Shown here: in pieces, positions 1 to 13,290 of the stretch
Layout: the number at the start of each line of letters is the position of its first letter
How positions within the stretch are numbered: the first letter of the stretch is position 1
Origin: Octopus vulgaris
Lineage: Eukaryota
Assembly (NCBI GenBank): GCA_951406725.2
Contig: OX597837.1
Coordinates: 46,314,001 to 46,378,000, forward strand
Length of the DNA stretch: 64,000 nucleotides
Direction of reading: 5' to 3'
Notes under the pieces: model-generated
What the model was told of the DNA's origin: nothing
What the model saw: only the letters and a program-made list of their open reading frames with translations
The model's database searches: none
Translations under genes and position numbers: made by a program

Positions 1-842
1 TGTACATCATTGACAAGTTTTGGCAGAGACCAACCAACCAGTAGTGATGGACTGTATAAATTCCAGGGGGTGTTTAGTGTAAGGGAGCAGTTTAATTTAC
101 TACACCCTCCGCGGTAGTGGCGATGGCAGTGGTGGTAGAGGTGGTGATTATGGATCAGGACAGCCTCTATTCACTTCTGCCCCTTATATAGATGCTTCTG
201 GTAATAAATAGTAGTAGTAGTAGTAAAGGGTAGTGGTGGTGGTGGTGGTAGATGTAGTAGTATTAGGAGAAGTAGTACTTGTTGTAATAGTAGTAGTGGT
301 AGTTTCGGTGGTGGTGGCGGCAGCATCGGTTGTGGGGAATGGTTTGGGTAGAAGCACTCACAGAACATCACCTCTCTTCTCTCTTTCAGCCAGTTACAGT
401 TTCCCTTCTTTACTCATCTTTCTTCCAGCCTCTGCTACCCCCCCCCCACCCTACCCACCACCTGCCACACACACACACATATTTTCACCGATACACATAT
501 ATATATACAATCATGTATACATACACATTTTCCTCACCACCACCTCTCTCTCCACACACACACAAATATATGCATTTATATATATATATATATATATATA
601 CAGCTATGTATATAGATGTGTATGCATACATCTACATACATACATTTATATATATACACACACACACACATACATATATAAATATATTGCAACTTACACT
701 TGTTGAATAAACATGTGCCCACTGTATGTATGTATGTATGTATATATATATATATATGTATGTATGTACATATACGTACATACAAAGTATTTGTAGAAAC
801 TTGTTTATGAAATATCTATGGTGTTCATGTGTCAGTGACTGC

Positions 843-890
<48 letters not shown>

Positions 891-2639
891 CCACACAGAA
901 TGAGAGAGAAGGGGTGGGAGGTTTAAGTGAAACACTCAAAATGGAAGGAGAAGGGAGAAGAGGAGGAGGAGGATGACTTGGAGAAGAGAGGAAGGTATGT
1001 CTTGGTATGTAACTAAGGATGGGTTAAAGTGCAAATCAATCAAAGGACTCACCCACCACCATCACCACCACCGCCATCACCACAACCACTGCCACCACCA
1101 CCTACAACTACCATAGAAAATGGTTTTATAGCTGAAATTTGGGACCCTCAACAAGTGTGTTTATGACTGATGCCTTATTTAATCGAACCCCTACGGAAAG
1201 GATTAAAAGGTGAAGTTGATCTTGGCATGATTTGAACTTAGAGCAAATAATGGTTTTGCATTTTAGCACAAGGCCTGCAATTTCAGAGGAGGGCAAGTCA
1301 ATTACATCAACCCCAGTGATCAACTGGTACTTAATTTGTTGACCCTGAAAGAATGAAAGTCAAAGTCAACCCCGGCAGAATTTGAACTCAGAACATGAAC
1401 AGACAGATGAAATGCCTCTAAGTATTTTTCCCTGCTGTACTAACGATTCTGCAAGATCATTGCTTTAATGGGATCGTCTTTTTCATTCGCAAAATGAGCC
1501 CCTTCCCCCTTAATTTTGCTCAGATTGCTTTCAATTTTCGTGTATTGATGCAACTCTGAATTTTGATTACAATCAACTAATTACTTGTAAATTAAAGAAT
1601 TTGATGTTATTAGGAATTAAAGTTGGGAAATTTGGATAATTTTAGCAAGGCATTAACAGTTTGTTACATTGACAAGCGCACCCTGTGTTGTGTTCCACCT
1701 GGATGCTGTGTATGAAGACAGCATGCAGGTGGAACATGCTACGAGATTTACTTCCAGATAACACCAGACAGTTAAAAGTAAAATTAACCAAATTAATTAC
1801 AGTGTTAAATACAGAAATAAGACTCTCTTACTTTCCACTGGCTGAGCAGATATGCAGCATAGTAAAATGACACAAACAAAGCAACCCCTCAGACACATAA
1901 AATCCTACATTTTCAATCATCCCAAAAATAGTTTGACAAAAGTTTTTACCACGAAAAAATATAGAGTAGGTCAAAAGTCACGCACAAACTAAATTCAATA
2001 CACTCCAGAATTGTCAAAGATATGCTTCAATTTAAAAAGAAAAAACTGAACAGAATAAATGAAGTAATGAGGAATGCAAATGTACTTGTACATGATGAAC
2101 AAAATGAATAATAATAATAATAATAATAATGATAATAATACAAATATAAATAGAAGAGTGCCATAGTTATGTGAAATTGGTTGAACGATATTTTGGCATC
2201 AAGCGTTGCCTTCCACGGGTTCAAAATTACATGTCAGTCTACTACATTTTTTGTTAAGACTATAAAGGACCAAGGTAAACTCATCCAGAAGTTATGCACA
2301 AATAAATAGAAGAGTGCCGTATCATATACCGAAATATCGTTCAACCAATTTCTCATGATATGGCATTCTTCTATTTATTTGTGTATAACGTCTGGATGAG
2401 TTACCTCAGTCCTATATAGTCTTAATAATGATAATAATAATAATAATAATCCTTTCAATTTAAAGGCACAAGGCCTGAAAGTTTTGGGGATGGGTTTAGT
2501 CAATTACATCGAACCTGAAAGAATGAAAGATAAAGTTGACCTTGGTGGAATTTGAACTCAAAATGTAAAGATGGACAAATGCTGCTAAGCATTTTGCCTG
2601 GTGTACTAAAGATCCTGCCAGCTCACCACCTTACCTGCC

Positions 2640-3325
2640 CCATGATAAAAACTGGTGGGAACACAAACCACCTCCAGTGCTTGAAAAGGATTACACCTCA
2701 CTCTTTTGGAATTTTACTGTTCAAACTGACAGAAAGAGAGATGCAAATAGGCCAGACATTATATTAAAGGGTTTCAGACAAAAATCATGCCTCCTTATCG
2801 ACACGACTGTCCCAATCGACATAAATGTATCGGTCAAGACCTACCAAAAACTGAGCAAATACGAAGACCTCAAAACATAAATTGGCAAAATGTGGAACCT
2901 CAAGACTAAAACAATACTTGTCCTAGGAATGATAGCAAAAGGGGTTGATTGCTACCAGTCTCAGATAGCAGGAAATCCAAAAATGGAAGAAATTCTTAAA
3001 ATAGTGCTCATGGAAACTGCTCATATCTTACAGAAAATATTGTCTATATGATTGCAAAAACATTTTAATCTGTAAACATTGTCAAAAATACTTTTAAATG
3101 CACTTAATAGCAAAAACCTGTTACTATCATCTTATCAAATTACTTTTAAAACAAACTTCTAATTTTCTTACGTTTTGACAGACATTCCCTAGAACCAAAA
3201 ATACGGCACCCTAGTCATAATGCCAATTTGAACTTCTAACTTGTTGTCTTTTGATGTCTCTGGGTGAGACTTGGAGTCAACTTGTACAAATACAAAGCAA
3301 AAGCCAAACACACAATAATATTAAT
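2640..3325 (+). mobile_element. 3' fragment of R4/Dong-type non-LTR retrotransposon (restriction-like endonuclease domain), decayed
   Basis: LFWNFTVQTDRKRDANRPDII...LLIDTTVP...KLSKYEDLKT*IGKMWNLKT...ETAHILQKILSI* shows the PD..D RLE motif with an internal stop; ends in aataata. Confidence 0.8.
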
Positions 3326-3797
3326 ATATAAAATGTGAAATGTTTTGGTGTGTGGCATTTGGCCCATCTTCTGTAGGATGAGGTAATCTTTTATCTTTTG
3401 CTTGGTTTAGTCAGTGGACTGTGGCCATGCTGGAGCACCCCTTTGAAGGGTTTCAGTCAAACAAAATGGTGTCAGTTTTGATTGTTTTTTAAGTATGAGA
3501 CTTATTCTATTGGTTCCCTCTGATGAACTGTTAGGTTGCAAGGATGTAAACAAACCAACATTGGTTATCAAGTTGGGGGTTGGACATACACAGACACAAA
3601 GAAACATACACATATGTGTAGATATACATAAAACGGGTTTCCACATAGTTTCCCTCTCCCAAATCCACTCCCAAAACATTGGTTGGGGGGGTAAAGTAGA
3701 AGACACATGCACACGGTACTGTACAGTGGGACTGAACCTGACACCATGTGGTTGCAAAGCAAGCTTCTTAACCATACGGCCATGCCTACATCTCATC

Positions 3798-4175
3798 TGA
3801 GGAATTTTTACAGATTTTAGAAGGAACCCATACAATAAGTACCGTCTCCACCTCAGATGCAGAAAGCTTGCTTAGTAAATGTCCAAGGGGTAGAAATGAT
3901 AAGGATCATAATAAAGAACATATGTAAATACCCGAAAAGTAAAACCACTCTCAATACCAGTAAACTTATAAAAAACAAACAACCCCGACTCTCACAGGTG
4001 TACAATTAATAATATACCTTTACATGCCCACAAGATGATTTATATAAACAATCAGATGTAGTAGCTATGGGTTTCCCCTTGGGACCTATGTTTGCAGCAT
4101 TCTGCTTATCCACAACAAAACAGAATAACATCAAAATATAGACACATAAGATACAGCAGATTTGTAGATTGTATA
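3798..4175 (+). mobile_element. Penelope-like reverse transcriptase remnant
   Basis: Frameshifted DAESL motif followed by YTFTCPQDDLYKQSDVVAMGFPLGPMFAAF, matching the PLE RT motif QxDGVAMGSPLGP. Confidence 0.7.
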
Positions 4176-4712
4176 GACTAGCGGTTAAGGGGGTGAGCTG
4201 CCAGAATCATTAGCATGCCAGGCAAAGTGCTTAGTGGCATTTCGTCCATCTTTATGTTCTGAGAACATAAAGATGGAGAACTGCTGGGATGATTAATTGA
4301 GTAAATGGTTTGTGTAAAAGTTAGATTTGTTTTTGTTTTTTTTAGACAATATTCTGTGTATAGGGAAAGGTAACCTTGTGGACAGAATGACGGGGTCAGC
4401 TGGATCAACTTATAATCTGTAAGGACAGGTGGAGCTGTGTGCCATTAAGAAGTTTGATCTCATGAAATGGCATCGTGGACATATGTCTTTTACCGTAGCC
4501 CTAGACTGATCAAAGCCTTATAAGTGAAGTTAGTAGGTGGAAACTGAAAGAAGCCTGTTGTACATACACACATATAAATATGCTTATACATCTCTCTCTC
4601 TCGATATATATATATATATATATATAAAGAAAACAGAAAATGGAGAAATATTGATGAATAACAATTGACTTACATCAATTATTATTTCCTACTCCAATGC
4701 AAACAGACTGCA

Positions 4713-4828
4713 TCCCATCTAACAGCTGTTTCTGCCTCCAGTGTTGCATGGTTTTGCCATTGATAAGTTAAAAAATATTTATATTTGGTAGTAAAACTGA
4801 TCTGAAACACGGAGCTTCATCAGAGTGA
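4713..4828 (-). ncRNA. Degenerate type I hammerhead-ribozyme-like motif (Penelope pLTR type)
   Basis: CTGATGA, long stem II (CTCC-GTGTT...AACAC-T-GGAG), GAAA, palindromic CAGCTG, TT, then AGATG. Confidence 0.5.
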
Positions 4829-7800
4829 AGAATAAATAAAAAAAAAAAAAGAAGAGCCTAGAAAAGAAAAGGGACAAGTTGAAAATGGTTTTAATCATAC
4901 CATTTTGCTTGTGTATTGCTTTGGGTCGTTAAGTAAACGAGTCATTTACTTTTATCCCTTAAACTGTTATTTTAACCTCTAACTCAGCTAACCTTTCATA
5001 TATATACATATATGTGTGTGTGTGTGTATATATATATGAGGGCATCCAGCTGTAGAAACTCTGCCAGATCAAGATTGGGGCGGTGCAGCCATCTGGTTTG
5101 CCAGCCCTCAGTCAGAATTGTCCAAGCTATGCTAGCATGGAAAGCTGATGTTAAACGATGATGATGATGCTGATGATGATATATATATATGTATGTACAA
5201 CTGTGAGTGTATGTTTGTGTCTCCTTGACATCACATACTTGTTGCATATGAATGTCATTTAGTTCCAATATTCTGCGAAAACATCTGACTCTGGGGAAAG
5301 ATTACCTCGCTTGGAAGCAGGTAAGGGTTGGTGAGAGGAAGGCCTCCAATGATATTCTGTAATTAAGCATAACATTGGAACCAAACACTGTCAACAATTT
5401 CAGTGGATTTGGTAAATAAAGTCAACTGACTTTAAACACGCGGTGCCCTTCCATTCGCCAATCTATTTTATCTGTTATTGTCCATAAATGTTGGACCGGC
5501 TGAACTGAAGGAGTCAGCCCTTTTGGGGTTTGCTTTTGGAATGGTTCTCATCAATGCCTTTAATCAAAGATGCAACTGATCGAGATTGATCCAAGACTTT
5601 TCACAACAACAGTCATAGTTACCATCTCAATACCACTACCATCAGCATCATCGTCTTTCCAACTCCTCTACCACTTCAAATACTGCTACTACAACTGCTA
5701 TTTCAAACTCATCATTATTTTTCTGGCCACACTAACACTGCCACCATCAACAACCGTCTCTCACCACTACCAATACCACCAATGTAATTAACACACATAT
5801 CTACACAATGATCACCACCGAAAACAACAGCACTACAACCACAGCCACCACCTTCAGTCGTAACTACCACTGACACCACTATCACCAATACATCACCACC
5901 ACCACCACCACCACAACTGATATTATCGCCACCACCACCACTGTCCCCCCCCCCCCGTCCCCATTATCACCTTCTCTCAACCATTACTGACATACAACCA
6001 CTCTATTATATTTGATATTAGATTCTTTCTTCTTCAGACCAACATATTTTAACCTAATCACTTGACATTTTCTGAAATATGAGTCAGTTGATATAATCCA
6101 AACATATATAATTCCGTCTACCCCCCCCCCACCCCCACCACCACCACCACCCCGTTCCCACCTCTGCCAGATGTACATTTACTGATGACTTTATTGGATG
6201 AAGAGATGTAGAAGAAGAAGAAGATGGTGGAAGCAGGAATGTACGAGGAGGTCTTGGATACTAGTGAAAAAGCAAAAAAAAAAAAAAAATTGAAAGAAAA
6301 AATATAAAAAAAAGGGAAGTAAAGGACCACCCTTCCTCTCCCTGAAGAAAAGCGCACACCCTGGCATAACTTATAAAACAAGATCTCCCACGTTGTTTTT
6401 TTTCTTCAAATTGTGATGGTGGTGGTGATGACATAGAAGCAGTGAAAGTTCTTGAAGATTCTCCAGGATCTACAATATTCCTTAATGTTTTGCTTCATTA
6501 AAATTGTCCAAAGGTCCTTAATCATTGCCTGGCACTGAATCTTTGAGTCACCCCATTCTCATCTCTGTATCTTTTTTCTTTTTTGTGTGTTTTTAATATT
6601 TTTATCATTGCTTAGTCAGGAAGGAGAAGGCAACCCCTATAACCCTTAATTTATTCAGGGCCCCTGTGACTAGTGGTAAGGAGTGAAGAAATTATCTTCA
6701 AACTGGAAACCAGGCCCTATCATCAAAGGTATTCCAGGCATAGCAGTCCCTTCTTCCTTCCAGATATCCAGGACTCACTAACCAATGTGACCATTTATTT
6801 TTAAGTTGATGGGGCGTCGGTTGAAGGAGGCCTCTAACCTTGGAGGATACAATCTGATCTCGTTAAGGATGAAGCCAAGGTAAACCTAGAGCACTCTGTA
6901 AAATAATTGGTGAACAAGATTATGTAGGTTGGACAAGACCCTCCAGTCTGGCCAAGAACATGACAACCTCTCTAGTGCAAGTCCTATGATAAATTTGCAC
7001 TCAGTACACTCTATAAAGTTTAAGGAAGGCATCTAACCATAGAAACGATGCCAAAAAGGAAATATACTTGTCTCAGAGCACAATAACTCCGAATGGAAAC
7101 TTGGATCATAATGCTGTTGCTGAGAAGGCGATTTGGTTGTTATTTCTAGCAGATCAAATGACCAGATAGAGACTCACCCTCTCCTCTACTCTGTTGTTGG
7201 CCAAAAAGTGTTTGGAGGAGTGGAAGAGAAAAACGAGATTTTTTAGGCTATATTGAGTTTCATATCCTGATGAAACTCAATATCAGATCCTGTTTCAGTA
7301 TTGTTGCTTACATGGTAACAACATTGAGTTGTGGGTTAGATGATGATGATGCTATTACTGTTGTTTAACCCTTGGTAAACCTTAATCAAGCAGTTGTATG
7401 CATTGAGACCATGTCTTTTTTTTCCCTTGTATTTAGTGCTACAAATTGTTTTTAACTTTTTAAAGATAGTTTGGTATGATTTGAGGAAGATTTGGTCACT
7501 ATTTCTAGCAGGTTGAACAACCATATAGATGTTCACTAACTGGCTGGCTGGCTGGTGGTGGTGGTAGTAATAGTAGTAGTAGTAGTTGGAAAATGTCACA
7601 GCTGATGCTGCTGACGATAAAGGTAGTGGTGATGTTGGTGATGATGATAATGATTATGATATTGACAATGATGGTGATGATAAACAAGGCAATGACAGTC
7701 GAGTTGAAATGATAACGATGATGACAATGGTTATAACAGCACTGAGGATGATGATGATGATGACTACCACAATGCGTCAGCCACCCTGCCAACACAATGA

Positions 7801-8862
7801 CCTCATCAGGACAACCAGGCTCCAGAATGAATCCACCCGGCAAAAATAACCAATCACCATCCTTTGATTATTTGGTCCCCCCCCCCCCCGCACCTCCTTC
7901 TATAATCCTTAGAATTCTCAAGCAGGAAATAGAAGGAGTTGAATTAAAGCAATAAATGAATACGCAGCAGAAAAACATAAAAATTATGCCAAGATTGGAG
8001 TTGGAAATGAATTCTTTCATTCTGTACTTACCATTCTGGGAGTGTTGACTGTTGGATGTATTTAAGAGCTTCTGAGAGGTCAGCCTCCGAAAGTGGTTTA
8101 CATCCTGTATGGAATAAATTTATGGAATTCATTAACTACTCACCTCCCCCACATTTCTATCCAGTTTTCTCCCCCATCCCCTTCTGCTTGCGAATAACAT
8201 TTTGGACAAGGTTTCTAAGAGACTGAAAACCCATCAACAGAAAAGAAACCAGAGGAGTAAATAAAAAGAAACAGAAAATAAAAAGAGAGATAAGAAAGGA
8301 AAAAAAAGGGCACGTGGGGTGATGGGCTACACACCCCAAAGCAAATTGTGAGCCCAGCCACGCTCCACAGTGATGACCATGATGGCGTTACTGTAGAGAA
8401 TGGCCAGTGACACTTGCTGCAACAGTCACTCCACCCCATGGGGCTTATTTCTCCAACAGGTCACTGCTATCCCTATTTTGAAGAGGAAATTGGTAGCACG
8501 GGGGTCCTAGGACACTGTCTTGACAGTGACTGGCACAAACTGGTAGCAACCAGCCAAGCCCCTGTATTTGTTGACTTTTCTCTCCTCTGCATTACGGTCA
8601 GTGACATGCAGGTTTGTAGCCAGAGAATACGTTGCTGCACATCACGTGTCCCAGACGAGAGATCTGCCTCCATTGAATGGGAAGAGTGTCATTCTGTTGG
8701 GACACTTGAATGTTACTGGTAACCTGTAACCCAGTACAACTGGGTTACGTGGGTTGGTTTTCGGCGATTAAACTGGCAGCCCCACCAAGCTTGCTTGGTG
8801 ATGGGGGTGATTCTTGGACACTCAACAGGGCGAAAAATAAGACGGAAACTGAAGGAAGCTCG

Positions 8863-8917
<55 letters not shown>

Positions 8918-10616
8918 GTGTGTGTGTGTGTGTGTTTGTGCGTCTGTGTTTGTCCCCCTCAACATCACTTGACAACCAATGCTGGTGTGTTTACGTCCCC
9001 ATAACTTAGCAGTTCTACAAAAGAGACCGATAGAATAAGTACTAGGCTTACAAAGAATAAGTCCTGGGGTTGATTTGTTTGACTAAAGGCGGTGCTCCAG
9101 CATAGCCACAGTCAAATGACTGAAACAAGTAAAAGAGCCAAAGAGTAAGGACTGACAGCTCCCACTTGATCCTTTGGGTGTATAAGATCAATGAATAAAA
9201 AATACTGCTTCAAATCTGACACGATATATCAGAGTTGATCAAGTAACGACATTAAAACAGTGGGGGGGAGAGACAAATAGCATGTGAGAACAGGGGGGGG
9301 GGGTATCGCATAAAATAATTTGTGATCCATGAAGTAACCTGAATGTCTGTCACATAAGATATGCTGTAAACCAGGTAACATAGTCTGAGAGTCACATAAA
9401 ATAGAGAGTCGGTGGGTGGGGCACACGAAATGATTTGTGGATCATAAAAAATAGTTTGTGTCCCACTTAAAACAGCGAGTAATGTCAATTAGTCTGTAAA
9501 GCAGATAAAATAGTCTATATATTTACATATATTACATAATGTCTCTCTCTCTCTCACTTGCTATATATATATATACACACAAACACACATATCATACATA
9601 TATATAGACACATATATACATTCATACATACATATGATACATATGTACACATACATACACAGATTATTAAAATGTCTTTAATTTACAATTTTTAAAATAA
9701 TTTAAATTCAAATGTTATCAGGGATGATAACACAACATAAGATTTCATTGAAAAGTGTACTTATTTAAAGTAGTTAAGAAATTTCAACATGAATTTGGTC
9801 TTCATAAATAAAAAATTTCCTTTTGGTTTTTCTGTCAGAGAAATTTTGGATTTTTTAAAATAAAGTTTGAAGTATTTTTCTCTTTCCTGGTATTTGCATA
9901 GAATTTCTTTTAAGCTTCGTTTTTCTCTCTATTTTTCAATAATGATATTATGGAATCATATTGTTAAAATTGTGCATCTTGTTCCTATTGAAGAAGTCCG
10001 TTGCCATTGTCTTGTGCTGGTGTTGTTATCACAATGTCGAAATGAATTCTAATTGATTGGTAATTAGGAAGCGGTTGCAGTTGGTTTCTACTTCTTCCAT
10101 CTCAAGTGAGATTGATACAAGATGCGACATCAAAAGAATTTATTTTTGACAGCATAAAAGTCTTGTAAACTTTTGAGAGAATGTGAAATAATCCTTTTTT
10201 GGAACAGTAAATCTTGAAACACATAAAGCTATAAATAATAGCATGTAAATATTGACTTGAAGAAACCCATATGGATATCAAAGGTCAAAGACTGCTTGCG
10301 AGCCAAAAAAAAAAGTGAGTTTGAGTCCCATGGGCAGCCTTTGACTTTTTCTATACCAAAGGGATTTTCCAGCCCAATATTTTACATGTTATTATTTATA
10401 GATTTATGTGATTCATATGAATTTCTATCACATGTGATGTTTCAAACAAACTCTAATCGGTTGGTGTTTCTACTAAATGGTGCCTAATACGAACTGCGAT
10501 TGGCTGTTCCGATTGTCATTGAAGGGAACTGTAAATAACTGATGTCTGTATAAGGTCAATGTGTTACCAAGAAGGAAATGGGGTTTATTCTGTTGGAGCC
10601 ACAAATTATTCTTCTC

Positions 10617-10654
10617 TTATATATCAAGACGTTGCTTTTTTATTCGAAATTCAT
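10617..10654 (-). CDS. RAD52: RAD52 terminal coding exon with stop codon
   Basis: Acceptor ttttatatttttgtacag; (D)EFRIKKQRLDI* ending in TAA at 10619-10617. The basic tail resembles the human C-terminal NLS (DMKKRKYDPS, recalled). Confidence 0.82.
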
Positions 10655-12333
10655 CTGTACAAAAATATAAAATGAAAATATAAAAATTAGTTAAAAAAAA
10701 AACACATAGCCCTACCCATTATTTATATTAGATAATTGGGAGAGAAATCTGACTTAAAATAACCAAAAATGTTGACAAATGAATGTTGTTCTCTTTATTT
10801 GGTGGTTGGAAAGAAGAATCAATAAAGAATCAGATCTAATGTTTTGTATTTGGTTATGTCTTTTTACTTTCTTAAACTGTATGCACTGATTATTAATTTT
10901 CTCGGTTCTCTTTCAGACACACAGACAGCACCCACAGGGCAGATTCCAGTCTGATACAGAAAACAAAAAGGCATGCTGTGTCTGAAACTCTTGCTGATAA
11001 CCTCAGCTTCTTGAACCTGGCTAAGTCCTTTGCATTCAAGGTGAAGAAAAAAATTGGAGGCCACCGACAGGGAAATATCGTCCATAACCAAGAGAGAAAG
11101 AAACATCCTCCACGATGGGACATCATCAGGATTACTGAGTTAGTTTGTCTGTCAAGTCCAGGACAGCACCAATGTCAACCTGAGTAGCTTGATGAGGGCA
11201 ACCACTCAGGGTCACAGTGTTCTCAATCAGATGAGGAGTGTGAGGACATAATTGCAATTGTAAATGAAAAATCCAATGTAGCAGATTCTTGGCTTTTATT
11301 AGAGAGCAATTAAAAATTAAAATATTGTTATTTAGTAATTGTAGAATTATTGATGAAAATAGAATTGGAACTTCTTAGTCTCAACAGTTCCTAAGGTAAG
11401 AGAATGGACACTGAATTATCCAACCTATTAAACCAACAGAGAAGGACAAAAACAGTGGCACCTAATGTTTTGCTGGTTGGATAGACATAGAGCGAGATTT
11501 TATGTAAGTGATACACATTAATATTGTGTAGAATAGACTGTGGGTCATATGAATAGTGTGTGTGTGTGTGTGTGTGTGTGTCTGAGAGAGAGGAAGAAAG
11601 AGAGAGACAGAGGGGAAGAAAGAGAGAGAGAGTCGGTTGTGGTAGTAATGAAAAGATGATTGGTGATGTTTGAGAGATAGTAACAGTAGTGGTGGTGGTA
11701 GTAGTGATAATGGTAGTGACAGTAGTAGTAGTAGTAGTAAAAATATTGTTTCAAATTATAGCACTAGGCCAGCAATTTTTAAGTGGAAGAGAGTCAATAA
11801 CATTGATACTAATGCTCAACTGGTACTTACTTATGTCATTGACCCTCAGAAAGATGAAAGGCAAAAATCGATCTTGGTGGAATTTGAACTCAGAACATAA
11901 AGAGCTGGAAGAAATGCCACTAAGCATTTTGCCCAATGCACTAACGACTCTGCTGACTCACTGCCCTTGTAGTAGTAGTAGTAGTAGTAGTAGCAGCAGC
12001 AGTAGTAGTAGTAGTATTAGTAGTAGTAGTAGTAGTAGTAGCAGCAGCAGCAGTAATCAAGGCAGCGAGCTAGCAGAACCATTAGCACACCAGCCAAAAT
12101 GCTTAGTGGTATTTCATCCATCTTTACGTTCTGAGTTCAGATTCTGCTGAGATTAACTTTGCCTTTCATCCGTTCAGGTTCAATATTATAAGTACCAGTT
12201 GAGCACTGGGGTTGATTTCATTGGCTTTCTCTCTCGCCCGAAATTGCTGGCCTTGTGCCAAAATTTGAAACCAATATCACTAATGATCTGTGACTGAAAG
12301 ATCTGAAACAATACAAAACCACAACAGGCTCAC

Positions 12334-12585
12334 CTCTCGTATCTTTGATCAGCTGCAGTACTTTCTCACAACCTCTTTGGTTGCGTGGGGACAGTCTAGA
12401 GATTGCTGATACACAGGACAGGCCATCATTCAAGGTTTGGACAGCAGATGGCAGTTTCTGAGAGGTTGGTGACGATTTCAGCACCATTTCAGTCAAGGCT
12501 GTTGTCACCTTGTTTGATGATAACAGGGCAGTTTCTAAGTTGACAATCTCAGCATCAAGGGACTGGTTCCATACATCTTGGTCAT
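12334..12585 (-). CDS. RAD52: RAD52 coding exon
   Basis: Strong acceptor tttctattcttttag, donor gtgagc; 252 nt, phase 1-1; (D)DQDVWNQSLDAEIVNLETALL...QLIKDTR. Confidence 0.85.
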
Positions 12586-12999
12586 CTAAAAGAATAGAAA
12601 CAAAGAAAAATTAAACTTTCATGTAAAAGTACCCCTAAATTACTGGAGTACCTTAAATGGAATACCCATCCATCAATGAACCTGGATCAGTAATTGCATC
12701 TTTTATCTTTTACATGTTTAAGTCATTGGAGTGCAGCCATGCTGGGCACCACATTCAAAGGTTTTGGGCAGACAGATTGACCCCAGTATTATTTTTTTTA
12801 AAGTCCAGCACATAGTTTATTGGTCCTTTTGCTGAAACACTAAGTTATGGGGACATAAACAAACCAACACTGGTTGTCAAGCAATAGGGCAAGAGCAATC
12901 ACAGGCACACACACACATGATGGGCTTCTTTCAGTTTCTATCCCTCAAGTTCACTCACAAAGCTTTGGTTGGCCCGGGGTTATAGTGGGACTGAAGAGT

Positions 13000-13290
13000 G
13001 GGACTATAGTGGACAAGAGAACAGGAGCAGTTGTTAGATGCCACATTTTTGAGGCCTCCATTTCAAGTTCCTTGTATTTACTTAACTTTTCGGGTGATTT
13101 TACAGGAGTGTTGCAGTGAGCAAACAGGTTTTGTCAATGTGGTTTTTTTAACCCCAGTCCCTGGTCTGTTGGCCTCAACAGCTCACTCAGTTTGAATACT
13201 AAAGTCCCAAACAACAGTGACATCTTTATTTTCTACTACTTTGGCAGTTCTTTTCAGATGAGGTTCAGACTTCTTGCACGTGACCCACTA
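13000..13290 (-). mobile_element. Second R4/Dong-type RLE fragment, decayed
   Basis: Minus strand reads VVENKDVTVVWDFSIQTE*AVEANRP...DKTCLL...EKLSKYKELEMEASKMWHL. Confidence 0.7.

Noticed and set aside
8330-8700. Coding-looking segment
   Set aside because: Only faint resemblance to a decayed LINE; frames broken, not assignable.
10130-10228. Alternative terminal exon after an acceptor-like site at 10229
   Set aside because: The 10654 acceptor is stronger and yields an NLS-like terminus; this region is more simply 3' UTR.
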